Below are positions 36,181-45,260 of a stretch of DNA of 55,656 nucleotides, piece after piece (within the stretch, counting starts at the first letter, position 1; every line of letters starts with the position of its first letter). This DNA comes from a virus (taxonomy: Duplodnaviria > Caudoviricetes), in the IMG/VR virus record IMGVR_UViG_3300037882_002905, positions 1 to 55,656 of that record. One strand, written 5' to 3'. The notes below the pieces were generated by a model. It saw nothing but the letters and a program-made list of their open reading frames with translations, made no database searches and was not told where the DNA came from. The translations under genes were made by a program, and so were the position numbers.

Positions 36181-36339
36181 AATTGTGGGTGCAGAGGTTC
36201 CGAGACCCTGCACCCACAATTCATTTATCGGTTTAGCGCACACAAAAGCGCTGTGCCGATGTGTTGTGAAGGTGGTCAAACGCAGCCAAGCAAAGATGCA
36301 AAGCTCCAAAAGATGACATTCACAATTCATTTATCGGTT
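36181..36339 (+). promoter_or_regulatory. Tandem class-II promoter motifs, the first overlapped by a 14-bp inverted repeat
   Basis: Inverted repeat 36181-36194/36208-36221; 19-bp direct repeat cacaattcatttatcggtt at 36215 and 36321. Confidence 0.65.
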
Positions 36340-36392
36340 AGCGATTCTGCTGACGGATAATTTTTATTGACACCCACTCTGTGAGGCTCGAA

Positions 36393-37337
36393 ATGGCTAA
36401 AACTAGCGCAACATCTTCCACCAAACCCGCTTCCACGAAGAAGCCTTCTACCAAGAAGCCTTCCGCGAATAAGTCTGCCATTGTGCAGAACAACACCGAG
36501 ACCTTGGAATTAGATGATGCAGACACCGCGTTGTCCAACCTGATCAATTCCCTGAACTCTCCTGACGAAATCATCGTCGCCTCCACCACGGTCGCCGAAG
36601 CGGTTGTCGCGTCGAACGACTTGGCTGAATTCCACACCGCAATGGGCACATCCGTTGATGATGTTGTCTCCAGCGCCATGATTGCAGATGCAGTCTCGGG
36701 CGCCGAAGCGGTTGAAGCCAGCATTGCTGCTGCGACATCCACGACGATCGAAGGTTCTGAGGCCCCAACGGGTGACGCCTCTGATGTGGTTGCTGAGCCA
36801 GTTGCCGCTGCAACGAAGGCCAAGAAGGTCGCTACGCCTCGCAAGCATTACAGCGACAAGACCGAGCGCCTGAAAGACAAGCTGGGTGCCGGGTTGTCTG
36901 AGTATTCAGTGCTGACGCTTGCCGACACGCCTGTGACTGACGAAGACTTGGCCAAGGTCATGAACTCCACGATGGAGATCATCCGTTCGCTCAACAAGAA
37001 GGAGCAAAACTGGGCCGTGAAGTTCATCGAGTACATGGCTGGCAAAAAGTCCACCCTGAGCGAAGTGACTGCGCGTATCCTGACGGTGTTGAACAAAGAC
37101 GGCTTCATCACGATGGGTGCAGAAGGCAACGTGTTCAAAGACCTCCTGAGCAAGCCCTACAGCCCTGGCGCTGCCCGTGCTATGGGTGGCAACAACATCG
37201 GCATGCTGAAAGACTTGAAGGTCATCATTGCAGGCGACACCAAGGGCAAGTACGTGGCCAACCCTGAGTCGCTCCTGTTGATGAAGGTGCGTTCCATGAT
37301 GTCAGCGCCAGCTGCGGTGACTGCCGCCGTCGCTTAA
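36393..37337 (+). CDS. Hypothetical protein with low-complexity N-half and possible winged-helix C-half
   Basis: GAGG RBS; has its own promoter motifs and terminator. Confidence 0.8.
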   Translation: MAKTSATSSTKPASTKKPSTKKPSANKSAIVQNNTETLELDDADTALSNLINSLNSPDEIIVASTTVAEAVVASNDLAEFHTAMGTSVDDVVSSAMIADAVSGAEAVEASIAAATSTTIEGSEAPTGDASDVVAEPVAAATKAKKVATPRKHYSDKTERLKDKLGAGLSEYSVLTLADTPVTDEDLAKVMNSTMEIIRSLNKKEQNWAVKFIEYMAGKKSTLSEVTARILTVLNKDGFITMGAEGNVFKDLLSKPYSPGAARAMGGNNIGMLKDLKVIIAGDTKGKYVANPESLLLMKVRSMMSAPAAVTAAVA

Positions 37338-37353
37338 GCGGCAAGTCGAAGTG

Positions 37354-37387
37354 AGCGGTGGCCTTCGGGCCACTGCTTTTTCTTTTC
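37354..37387 (+). terminator. Intrinsic terminator
   Basis: gcggtggcc-ttcg-ggccactgc followed by a T run. Confidence 0.85.
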
Positions 37388-37403
37388 GAATCAAGGACTG
37401 AAG

Positions 37404-37826
37404 ATGAATCTCACAGAATTGGCAGGGCACATCGCGAAGCTCGACTTGATAGAGCTCAAGGCGCTGAACACCTATGTTGTCGGCCAGATCAACACTCAAG
37501 AAGGGCGAACTGGAATTGGCGCTCGCGGTAGCTATAAGGTTGGCGACCTCGTTGATTTTGACTATCAAGGCAAGACGGTTCGCGCCAATGTGGTTGGTAT
37601 CAACCGCAAGTCCATCAGCTGCGAGGAAGTCAGCAAGCCCTATGTTGGCAAGAGTGGGAAGTGGCGCGTCGCACCTTCGTTCTTGCGCCTGGTGGGTGCA
37701 GACAAGGCTGTACTGGGACTGCCCGCAACGCCGGCGGCAGAAGAGACCGAAGAGGCCGTTCCGGAGGACATTCCCTTCGCGCCATCGACGAGCCCGACCG
37801 CCTCTGTGTTGAGCGGAACTTGGTGA
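37404..37826 (+). CDS. Hypothetical protein with KOW/SH3-like domain (ends GTW)
   Basis: YKVGDLVDF...V.GINRKS...WRV.PS.L. Confidence 0.7.
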   Translation: MNLTELAGHIAKLDLIELKALNTYVVGQINTQEGRTGIGARGSYKVGDLVDFDYQGKTVRANVVGINRKSISCEEVSKPYVGKSGKWRVAPSFLRLVGADKAVLGLPATPAAEETEEAVPEDIPFAPSTSPTASVLSGTW

Positions 37827-37844
37827 TCGAAAGGCGCCATAGCG

Positions 37845-37870
37845 GCAGGGCTTCGGCCCTGTTTTGCTTT
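37845..37870 (+). terminator. Intrinsic terminator
   Basis: gcagggc-ttcg-gccctgt followed by a T-rich tail. Confidence 0.7.
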
Positions 37871-38035
37871 GGGTGCTGTAGCCTCGGAGCGCGGCAGCCT
37901 CGACTAGGCACAGCCCGGTTCGCGGGTGCTTACCTAGCCCTCAACACAGTCTGGATGCGCTAGGCTGGTGCTAGGCGAGAGGTCGCATATTCAGGAGCCA
38001 GATCACGCGATCTGCGAAATAATCTGAATGGGTCC

Positions 38036-38121
38036 TATAATCAGCACTGACTGCCGAGAAACTGGGGTCACAATTGAATTTAGAGGTCAGGGCAGGTTGT
38101 CCAGATCAGTCACTAATGACA
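38036..38121 (+). promoter_or_regulatory. TATAAT promoter with two one-mismatch operators
   Basis: TATAAT 38036-38041 overlaps AATCA-gcac-TGACT 38039-38052; AGTCA-ctaa-TGACA 38108-38121. Confidence 0.65.
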
Positions 38122-38133
38122 CACAGGAGTCTT

Positions 38134-38475
38134 ATGAATATCGGGACAGCGAGAAAGTTAGCCGAAGAGTTCCGGCAAGTTAGTCGCCTTTGGTATGAAC
38201 GGAAGGGCATGCCGAAAATGTTCCACAACGGAATTTGTTTCGCAGTAATGATACTGCGGGACAAGAACGGTTCAGCCGACGATGATGAGTACGAGTGTCC
38301 GTCGTATCCGCAGGTTCAATACATTTTGAACAATGTGATGCCGACCAAAGTGTGCTTTCTCCAGCCGGGCCGCTTCAGTGATGAACGCGCCATGATGTGT
38401 CTATTCATGGCTGAGTGGATCGAGACAGACTTGATTCCAAGTCTTCAGAAGGCTTCGAAAGGCTCAACGCAATGA
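38134..38475 (+). CDS. Hypothetical protein
   Basis: AGGAG RBS before ATG 38134. Confidence 0.7.
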   Translation: MNIGTARKLAEEFRQVSRLWYERKGMPKMFHNGICFAVMILRDKNGSADDDEYECPSYPQVQYILNNVMPTKVCFLQPGRFSDERAMMCLFMAEWIETDLIPSLQKASKGSTQ

Positions 38476-39068
38476 TGTCCGAATACGACGTTGCGCCGCA
38501 ATACCTGCAATTCAGGAAGACCTTCGTCTTCAACATGGAGGAGCAGACAGAGAAGCCGGCACGACATGGGCTTCCTTGGTCTGAGGACGATGTCTTCACT
38601 ATGAAGCGGGCGTTCCTCAATGGATTCTCTTTGTCAAAAATGGCAGCTGTGCTGATGCGCAAAAAATCTGGAGTGCTACCAAAACTGGAGCAGCACGGAT
38701 TGATTGTGCCTAGCAAAGAAGGCCATGTTCAGTGCCGATACCTGCGTGATGAAATACTTTTACCAACTAAACAACCTGAAGGAATCAAAATGGCTTTTGA
38801 AGACATGGGCAATAGCAAAACCAGCGGAAGCGGAAGTGTGGGTTTCAAACCCGTAGACCGGCCTGCGATCCAGACCCTGACCTTGATCTACGGGCAGGAC
38901 GCATCCACGATGTCGAACGACCAAATCTTCACGGCGATTGGCCACATCGAGGCTGAAATTACCCGCCTTGAAGCTATCAAGGCCAAGTCGAAGAAATTGG
39001 CTCAAACGGTCGAGAACTATCGCAAGGACATCGAAGCTCTTGTGAAATATGTTGACGGCCGTCCATGA
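38472..39068 (+). CDS. Hypothetical protein with Myb/HTH-like segment and C-terminal coiled coil
   Basis: RHGLPWSEDD...G.SLSKMA..L.R...GV..KL. Confidence 0.65.
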   Translation: MMSEYDVAPQYLQFRKTFVFNMEEQTEKPARHGLPWSEDDVFTMKRAFLNGFSLSKMAAVLMRKKSGVLPKLEQHGLIVPSKEGHVQCRYLRDEILLPTKQPEGIKMAFEDMGNSKTSGSGSVGFKPVDRPAIQTLTLIYGQDASTMSNDQIFTAIGHIEAEITRLEAIKAKSKKLAQTVENYRKDIEALVKYVDGRP

Positions 39069-39364
39069 CGGTTCTTGAGAAGTTCGAGGCTTATCACAAG
39101 GCCAATCCCCATGTTTACAGCCTCTATAAGCAATTCGCTTATGAGGCGTTCTCTAGGGGTGCAACTCGGATTTCTTCAAAGCTGATTATTGAGCGCATCC
39201 GGTGGGAGACTGCGATCAGCACCACCGGAGCTGGCTGGCATGTGGCCGCGGGGAAGAAGTTCCTTGTGGATAACAGATTCACTGCGCACTACGGCCGCCT
39301 GTTCGCTAAAGACTTCCCCAGGCTGGCAAGTCGGCTTGAGTTTCGTGCCATTCGGACGCCTTGA
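39065..39364 (+). CDS. Phage-type hypothetical protein
   Basis: F..YH..NP.VY...IERIRWE...N...A.Y.RLF...P.L...EFR. Confidence 0.7.
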   Translation: MTVLEKFEAYHKANPHVYSLYKQFAYEAFSRGATRISSKLIIERIRWETAISTTGAGWHVAAGKKFLVDNRFTAHYGRLFAKDFPRLASRLEFRAIRTP

Positions 39365-39408
39365 ATGGTCACTCACAGTTGACTTACTTTGGACACGAGA
39401 GGAATTTC

Positions 39409-39654
39409 ATGAGACCGGCAGGTGAGCAAACACTGCGTATTCAAGATGCCGAGCTGGACGACATTCGTGAACGGCTGTATCGGTTGATCTCGCCAGATCC
39501 ATGTGCAGCGGTCGATGCCATTGTCCCTTGGAACTCAGCATCGATGTTCTTGGAAGTCCTGTACCAAAAGCGAGGAGTCCAGGCGGCCTGTGCTTACGTC
39601 AGGCCAATGCTAGGCAGGATCATTCTTGACGTGCCCGATGCGTCCAAGAAATAG
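39409..39654 (+). CDS. Hypothetical protein
   Basis: GAGGA RBS. Confidence 0.55.
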   Translation: MRPAGEQTLRIQDAELDDIRERLYRLISPDPCAAVDAIVPWNSASMFLEVLYQKRGVQAACAYVRPMLGRIILDVPDASKK

Positions 39655-39701
39655 CCGTGTCTTGTTGGTCAAAGTAGAGACTTCGCAACAGGGAGAACGC
39701 A

Positions 39702-39929
39702 TTGAGTAAGCGCCAAAAAGAACTGAAGAGTTTGATCGAGTCCTGCGGCTTGGTCGTCTTGAATGTTGATCACACCAAGAGCCAGCATCTGAAATTCAGA
39801 ATCAAGGCTTCCGATGGGCGTGAAGCGAACTTTGTGACCTCCAACACACCTAGCTGCCGCAGAGCCGACATGAACAATCGATCGTTTCTGCGGCGTTTCG
39901 CAGCCGAGAGTGCGGGGCAGGGCGCCTAG
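39702..39929 (+). CDS. HicA-like small basic protein
   Basis: G..V.....S.HLKF....G.....SNTPS..R...N.R..LRR; GGAG RBS; TTG start. Confidence 0.55.
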   Translation: MSKRQKELKSLIESCGLVVLNVDHTKSQHLKFRIKASDGREANFVTSNTPSCRRADMNNRSFLRRFAAESAGQGA

Positions 39930-39975
39930 ATGCGGGTTTCATAATTCAATTATCGAAACAGAAAGAGAACACACC

Positions 39976-40236
39976 ATGATGTCCGCAGCCGCAAAATGTG
40001 AACCGATCATCAATGCCTACGCCGGGTTCAGCTATGACTCCAGTCGCAAGGTTGATCCTGCCAGACTGAATGAGGAACAAAATCGCATGTCGATTAAGAG
40101 CCAGAATTGGGTCTTCGCTGAGCTGAACTCCAGGTTCCATATTGAAATGATGGAGCACGTCTGGGTGAACAGAATTGCCGGGTACGAGGATACTTTCGCG
40201 CACCAGGACCTTTACTGTGTGTTCATGGGACTTTAA
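39976..40236 (+). CDS. Hypothetical protein
   Basis: Follows the class-II promoter motif at 39925. Confidence 0.6.
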   Translation: MMSAAAKCEPIINAYAGFSYDSSRKVDPARLNEEQNRMSIKSQNWVFAELNSRFHIEMMEHVWVNRIAGYEDTFAHQDLYCVFMGL

Positions 40237-40245
40237 GGAGTGGCA

Positions 40246-40668
40246 ATGAAAGACGGAAGAGATTTGATAAATGCGCTGGCTGGCTATACCGGCAGCGACG
40301 AGATTTACAGACACAGTTTGGTTGCCAGCTTCAACTACACAGAGGGCGTCCGTAAGTTCGCTATTGAGGCGGGCAATGGTGCCTACTGGCTGTTGGATAT
40401 TCTCGCCACAGAGCCTGTCATAACAAGGTTCGTGAGGCAAGAGGGGTTTGCTCTAGTTCTACTCAAGATAACTGGCAGCAAGGCTACATTAACCGTGGAT
40501 GATGGGAACGGCTCTGCGCCAGTCTTTACTCAGGAGATTAAGTACACCGATTGCCCGGAATGTCCTGTGAGCCGGTCGAACACTGCCGGTGCCTGGAAGT
40601 TCTACATTGAATCCACCTATGCAAGCGGCATGCCAATTCGGCTTTGCATGCTTCCGCAGGAGCGCTGA
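40246..40668 (+). CDS. DUF6876-like protein
   Basis: YTEGV..FA....AYWLLDI...DDGNG....QEI.YTD.P...MLP.E. Confidence 0.7.
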   Translation: MKDGRDLINALAGYTGSDEIYRHSLVASFNYTEGVRKFAIEAGNGAYWLLDILATEPVITRFVRQEGFALVLLKITGSKATLTVDDGNGSAPVFTQEIKYTDCPECPVSRSNTAGAWKFYIESTYASGMPIRLCMLPQER

Positions 40669-40669
40669 T

Positions 40670-41032
40670 ATGAGTTTAGCTAACGCATTTGTAGGCTCAG
40701 ACGCTCGGTATAAGGCTCAGGTTATTGCAGCCACATGGGGCCATCTTGAAATGAAAACTAACACCCTCCAAAAAGGGTGGTTCGTTTTCTCAATTACCGC
40801 CTACAGCGGTCACCATGTAATTCTAGGTTCGGACTGGGGAGATGTGCCTGACTCTCCAGGTTTGTACGAGGCAATGGAAGATTACATTTTTAGGCACGGC
40901 AAACGTGGCGTTGTGATGCGCCTTGAGGGCCATATCCGCCGCTACAAGAACGGCGCTTACCGCATCGGCGGCAAGCGAAAGATTATGAAGATCAAGCCTA
41001 CAAAGGATCGCCGATATGAGCCTAATCACTGA
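40670..41032 (+). CDS. Hypothetical protein
   Basis: AGGAG RBS. Confidence 0.65.
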   Translation: MSLANAFVGSDARYKAQVIAATWGHLEMKTNTLQKGWFVFSITAYSGHHVILGSDWGDVPDSPGLYEAMEDYIFRHGKRGVVMRLEGHIRRYKNGAYRIGGKRKIMKIKPTKDRRYEPNH

Positions 41033-41243
41033 CGCGACAGGGCTGAGAACTACGCAGGATGTTGGCTGGCATGGCTACTCCTGGCTCGACAAGTATGTCG
41101 CGGAGCAGGCGGCGTACTACGGAATGACGCCTGAGAAAAAAGCTGCGCTGTTCAATGGTGCTGCCGATTACGATGAACTGATTTTGGCTGGTGAGGTTGA
41201 AGAGCCAAGTGGTGCACAAAATGAACTGCAAACATTGCAATGA
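41016..41243 (+). CDS. Hypothetical protein
   Basis: AAGGA RBS; overlap with the upstream gene. Confidence 0.55.
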   Translation: MSLITDATGLRTTQDVGWHGYSWLDKYVAEQAAYYGMTPEKKAALFNGAADYDELILAGEVEEPSGAQNELQTLQ

Positions 41244-41430
41244 GCCTATTGTGCTTTCGCCTAGTGCGAGCGAGCGCGCCGCGAAGTTGGGCGGAAGTCC
41301 TTCAGACTTTACAAAGCTGTTCGAATACCATGCCGACTGTACCTTGAAGCTCAGGCGGGACTCGGCATCGAGTCTCCTGAGCAGTGGTCGGGCATCGGTA
41401 CACCGCGCAAATGTGGGTGCGCCTACATGA
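41221..41430 (+). CDS. Small CxxC/HxxC zinc-finger-like protein
   Basis: MNCKHC...HADC. Confidence 0.6.
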   Translation: MNCKHCNEPIVLSPSASERAAKLGGSPSDFTKLFEYHADCTLKLRRDSASSLLSSGRASVHRANVGAPT

Positions 41431-41675
41431 GCGCCATTGCTCCCAAGTTCGTTGTCGGCGATCAGGTCATCTACACCAATCCGCAGGGTGTGGTGTGGGG
41501 CAGCCGCACGATCACTGCCGTCGATACAACCAGTAAGCGAGCCGTGAAGTGGGGGCCTCACTATTACATTTCCCCGACGGACGCTCCGTGGTACGCGGTG
41601 GCAGAAAGCTGTCTCGACTTCCCGGAACTGGATACGGCTGAACTGGTTGAAAACAAAGAGGCGAAATCATGGTGA
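41427..41675 (+). CDS. Small SH3/KOW-like hypothetical protein
   Basis: KFVVGDQVIYTN..G. Confidence 0.65.
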   Translation: MSAIAPKFVVGDQVIYTNPQGVVWGSRTITAVDTTSKRAVKWGPHYYISPTDAPWYAVAESCLDFPELDTAELVENKEAKSW

Positions 41676-41815
41676 CCTGGAATCAACACTACAGGCGCTG
41701 GCAATGTGTGGGCTGCTTCTGCCTTATGTCAAACAACGGAAAGCACTGCCTTAATCGCCGCTGTTTTAAGTACACATCAGCAGGCCCATTCGGACAAACT
41801 GGAACCACGGAATGA
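41669..41815 (+). CDS. Cys-rich 48-aa protein (not in ORF track)
   Basis: GAGG RBS; CVGC...C....C; coupled at both ends. Confidence 0.5.
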   Translation: MVTWNQHYRRWQCVGCFCLMSNNGKHCLNRRCFKYTSAGPFGQTGTTE

Positions 41816-42066
41816 ACTCCAAGAAAAGAAACAAAAACAGGCAAAACGCGCGTGAGCTGAACAGCTTAGTGCGGAAGCGCGTGTTGATGCAGCACACGTG
41901 CGAGAACTGCGGAGAGCCTGGAGGTCACTGAATCATGACGCGCGGAGCGTCTCTGCAAGCATTGCTCTCAGGAGTGGATGATCAAGAAGGATTCTGGACG
42001 TGTTTGAAGCCTCATGATGCAGCCAAAGATGGCATAAGCACGCCTAAAACAGTCAGTCATCATTGA
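41812..42066 (+). pseudogene. Zinc-ribbon gene interrupted by an in-frame TGA (41929-41931)
   Basis: ...CENCGEPGGH*IMT...GFWTC; the frame stays open for 44 more codons. Confidence 0.5.
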
Positions 42067-42078
42067 CATATCGAAACA
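42043..42078 (+). promoter_or_regulatory. Class-II promoter motif overlapped by an operator
   Basis: CC at 42043, catcat 42058-42063, TATCGAAACA 42069-42078; AGTCA-tcat-TGACA 42055-42068. Confidence 0.65.
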
Positions 42079-42091
42079 CAAGGTGAAGCAA

Positions 42092-42421
42092 ATGAGATTC
42101 CACACAGGTAGAAATTGGGCCGTCAATACAGACGGCACGAGCCTACAGGGCTACATCCAAGCAACACGCACTGGTCTGATGAAAGCCTTCGGTGCTCCGG
42201 ATATGGTTGATCTTGACAAGTCCAGCACTTACTGGAGTGTCCAGTTTGCCAACGGTACTGTCGCGACGATCTACGATTACTTCGGCAACGGCGCCAAGCC
42301 TGTACAACCAGCCCATGACGAAGTGATCAGTTGGCACATTGGAGGGCGCAACCGTGACGCCGACATGCTTGTTCACGAGGCGTTCCGGGCTGCCAATGAT
42401 CTGAAGGCTCGCGCAGCATGA
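42092..42421 (+). CDS. Phage-type hypothetical protein
   Basis: GTSLQGYI...FG.P...DK...W...VATIYD...WHIGG. Confidence 0.75.
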   Translation: MRFHTGRNWAVNTDGTSLQGYIQATRTGLMKAFGAPDMVDLDKSSTYWSVQFANGTVATIYDYFGNGAKPVQPAHDEVISWHIGGRNRDADMLVHEAFRAANDLKARAA

Positions 42422-43167
42422 AGATCATCCGTTACTTTTTGTGCCGAGAGTGGCATGAAGTTGGAGTGATGGGCTTCACCCCACTTTGGATTCCCAAGTC
42501 TTGCGGATTCGATCCGAGCGAGGCGCGCGGGATGATGCACGACATGCTAGAACATAGGCTTAGCGACCGTGGAAAGTTCCATGAAGAGGTAATGGCGTTC
42601 GGGAGAATCATCGCCTTGCGGGCCATGCCTGGGTTTGGCTTTGACAGGGGAGGATACCGTCCCGATAAGGTACTAGGTATGGAGCTTGCTGGCATTTTTG
42701 CTCGCGGGTTTGAGAACAGCGGCGAACCTCCAACAATAGAGCGGGCGCCTGAAACGGGCTTCGCTGAAAACTACGCCGAAAACTTCATTGAGGAGATGGT
42801 CAAAAGCTTCAAGCAGTCCATTGCATCGGAGCTGCAAGATCGTTTTGACGAAAGTGTTCCGCTGCCAGGCGCAAGTTTGTACAGAAGCCTTGCTTCCTGG
42901 CTACGCATTGGGTACATCGACGCCATTCGGCGCTACGGGCAGCTGGACCACGGATGCTATGACGTTGGCTATGCGGGTCATCTTTGGGCGGAAGAAAACG
43001 CCAAGCGTATTTCCAGGCTCGTTGAAGAGGCTGATGGCTCTGTGATGCGCCTGTGTTTTGACACCAAGAGTCTGCGAATACAGGAAACGCTGATCGAACC
43101 TGATCGTGAGTACGGGCGTCTGCCGACATGGCTCAGAGCCCGTGTCCACTGGTGGCACATGGCATGA
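42418..43167 (+). CDS. Hypothetical protein
   Basis: ATGA coupling; HDMLEH...EE..A.G is a possible metal-binding motif. Confidence 0.7.
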   Translation: MKIIRYFLCREWHEVGVMGFTPLWIPKSCGFDPSEARGMMHDMLEHRLSDRGKFHEEVMAFGRIIALRAMPGFGFDRGGYRPDKVLGMELAGIFARGFENSGEPPTIERAPETGFAENYAENFIEEMVKSFKQSIASELQDRFDESVPLPGASLYRSLASWLRIGYIDAIRRYGQLDHGCYDVGYAGHLWAEENAKRISRLVEEADGSVMRLCFDTKSLRIQETLIEPDREYGRLPTWLRARVHWWHMA

Positions 43168-43190
43168 TTTTTTTCAAAAGGAAGTTAGAT

Positions 43191-43481
43191 ATGAAAATGA
43201 CAATCGCGGCATTGGTATTGTTGGCATTGACTGGCTGCGCCTCGCTTAAAGAGCCATGCTCTGAGCAAAGCGCAAGGCTGCAAGCGAAGAACGCCTCACT
43301 GATTGAGCGCAAGAAGGTGGTTGAGTCCTACCTTGAGGATTACCGAAAAATCCCGTCCTGGCAAACTTCGCTGGTGACGCCTCGCGAACTTCAGTATGTC
43401 TACGTGGACGGCTACAACCGGAGCTTTGATGAGTTCGTCAAGGAAGTTGCGGAGCACAACGCACGTTGCGTCCGCAACTGA
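43191..43481 (+). CDS. Lipoprotein
   Basis: Lipobox LTGC after a hydrophobic signal peptide. Confidence 0.75.
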   Translation: MKMTIAALVLLALTGCASLKEPCSEQSARLQAKNASLIERKKVVESYLEDYRKIPSWQTSLVTPRELQYVYVDGYNRSFDEFVKEVAEHNARCVRN

Positions 43482-43565
43482 CACTCGGCTGTGTTTTGTC
43501 TTCACGCTCTGTCCTTAAGCAGGGCGTGAAACTACATCTATCGAAACAGCAACCGAAAGCGGTAA

Positions 43566-43835
43566 ATGTCCTACAACTTCAATGTCCAGCTGGCTCAGCA
43601 GGGCTTCAAGATCGAGGTGGATACGGCGGCCAATTACGGATGCTGGCAATTCCCGGATGGCTCCGAAGGCGGTGGCTTGTGGTTTGAGGTCTCTGAGACC
43701 AGCACTCCGGGAGACGCCGGTCGTGTCCTGACGCTTAGCGACTACGACGGAGTCTTCCAGCTTCCAAAGGCTGTGATCGCCGCATTGCTTGACTCAATAG
43801 GGCAGTTGTTCATTGTGGATGAGGATTTCAAATGA
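43566..43835 (+). CDS. Hypothetical protein
   Basis: Follows class-II motif 43513; GGLWF...L.DYDGVF.LP..V. Confidence 0.75.
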   Translation: MSYNFNVQLAQQGFKIEVDTAANYGCWQFPDGSEGGGLWFEVSETSTPGDAGRVLTLSDYDGVFQLPKAVIAALLDSIGQLFIVDEDFK

Positions 43836-44056
43836 GTTTAGCCGCAGCACACCCAGACTTCCAAGCCAAGATTCGTGCCATCGCTGCCGTTGGCCGCTGC
43901 ATGACCGAGGCTGAGGTCTATGTGCTTTGGCGCGACTATTCGCGCAAATGCACAGATCAGTCGGCAGTCCTGACTGAGTTTGTCGAGTGGTATCACATCC
44001 GACTGGGTGCCACTAAAACTGCGCTTCTCAGCGCAATAGGAGAGCTTCATGGTTGA
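43832..44056 (+). CDS. Hypothetical protein
   Basis: GAGGA RBS; ATGA coupling. Confidence 0.65.
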   Translation: MSLAAAHPDFQAKIRAIAAVGRCMTEAEVYVLWRDYSRKCTDQSAVLTEFVEWYHIRLGATKTALLSAIGELHG

Positions 44057-44363
44057 AGAACAAGAAGACGAGGCGGCCGAGATCACCCACGAGCAATACG
44101 AGGACATGGAGAAGGCACTTTCCGGTCAACGTATTGCTTTTTTTTGGACGCCTTCAACGGTACTGCTTCACAGAGCCGGTAAATCAAGAATGTTGGACAT
44201 GCTCATTGAACAGTTCGCGCTTCAGGCTGAAGCGCATGCTCAGGTGATGGAAAGCAAGACGCATCGGATCACTATCGATGAACTCACCCCTTCTGTGGCG
44301 CGAGTGGACAAGCATGAGGCACAGTGGAAGCGAGAGATGCGAAACGTCCGAAGGCGCCGCTGA
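44049..44363 (+). CDS. Hypothetical protein
   Basis: AGGAG RBS. Confidence 0.6.
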   Translation: MVEEQEDEAAEITHEQYEDMEKALSGQRIAFFWTPSTVLLHRAGKSRMLDMLIEQFALQAEAHAQVMESKTHRITIDELTPSVARVDKHEAQWKREMRNVRRRR

Positions 44364-44364
44364 T

Positions 44365-44411
44365 GCTGCCGACAACTGAGCTTGAAAATTCAATTATCGA
44401 AACAACAGCAG
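44365..44411 (+). repeat. 47-bp promoter-containing direct repeat, copy 2
   Basis: 43 of 47 positions identical to 28941-28987. Confidence 0.85.
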
Positions 44412-44422
44412 AGGTTCACCAA

Positions 44423-44545
44423 ATGCCAATCACGATCATCCGCCAAGCAAACATGAGCCTAGAGGGCAAAGTCCAGTTCGAAGTCGAGCAGGGCGGTGTC
44501 CGTAGCATCATGACCATTCGGCAAATCATTCAGGTGATGCGATGA
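44423..44545 (+). CDS. 40-aa hypothetical protein
   Basis: GAGGT RBS after the promoter repeat. Confidence 0.55.
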   Translation: MPITIIRQANMSLEGKVQFEVEQGGVRSIMTIRQIIQVMR

Positions 44546-44886
44546 ACGCCGCAATTCTTTCTGATCGCCAATACACGATCAAGACGCTGGTTCTGTCCAC
44601 CGGACATTATTCAGCCAAGACAGACCAAGCAATTTTTACGCCAAACGGACTTGCCGGGCCTGCCATCTATCTGAGTATCGAAAAGCTCACCCACGGTTGG
44701 CAAGTCCTTATACCTGAAGACCTGTCAATCTTCGAGCACCAGCAGCGCCTTCTTGTTAAACAAGGACACGGCGCTCTTGCGGGCATTATGCGGCTCGCTC
44801 GTGATCTGAAATACGACATCCTGAAGTTCGACCCGGATGGGCCGTACCTTCCAGAGAGTTACGGCTACCGAACCTTCGCATGGTGA
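44542..44886 (+). CDS. DUF5983-like protein
   Basis: LVLSTGH...GW...A......LKFDPDGP. Confidence 0.6.
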   Translation: MNAAILSDRQYTIKTLVLSTGHYSAKTDQAIFTPNGLAGPAIYLSIEKLTHGWQVLIPEDLSIFEHQQRLLVKQGHGALAGIMRLARDLKYDILKFDPDGPYLPESYGYRTFAW

Positions 44887-44891
44887 TCCAA

Positions 44892-45260
44892 ATGATCAAA
44901 GTCACAATCCAAAATCCTGAGCGCCCTGAGAAGGTTCATGTCATTCCGATGAAAGACATCAACAACGCCATGTGTGCTGTGATGAGCCTCAGCCTGGCAT
45001 TCGACGACGCCGGCCTCGCCAATCGAGCGCGGCCGCTGGTTTGGTTCGACACCAACGAAATCGGCTATGTGGGCCAGACTCCCAACGGAATTTGGTGCGA
45101 GTACACCAAGCTCATGGATGGCCGGCGCGTTCCGGGCGTCAGGCGCTACAGCGTGTCCGACTTGACAAATCAACCTGTGGTTGCGGGCCGACTCGCTGCC
45201 GACGAGGTCAATTCGCTGCCTAGCTGGGTTTGGACATGGGCCGCGCTGGTTGGACTGTGA
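44892..45260 (+). CDS. Hypothetical protein
   Basis: Operon position; start could be 44880. Confidence 0.55.
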   Translation: MIKVTIQNPERPEKVHVIPMKDINNAMCAVMSLSLAFDDAGLANRARPLVWFDTNEIGYVGQTPNGIWCEYTKLMDGRRVPGVRRYSVSDLTNQPVVAGRLAADEVNSLPSWVWTWAALVGL

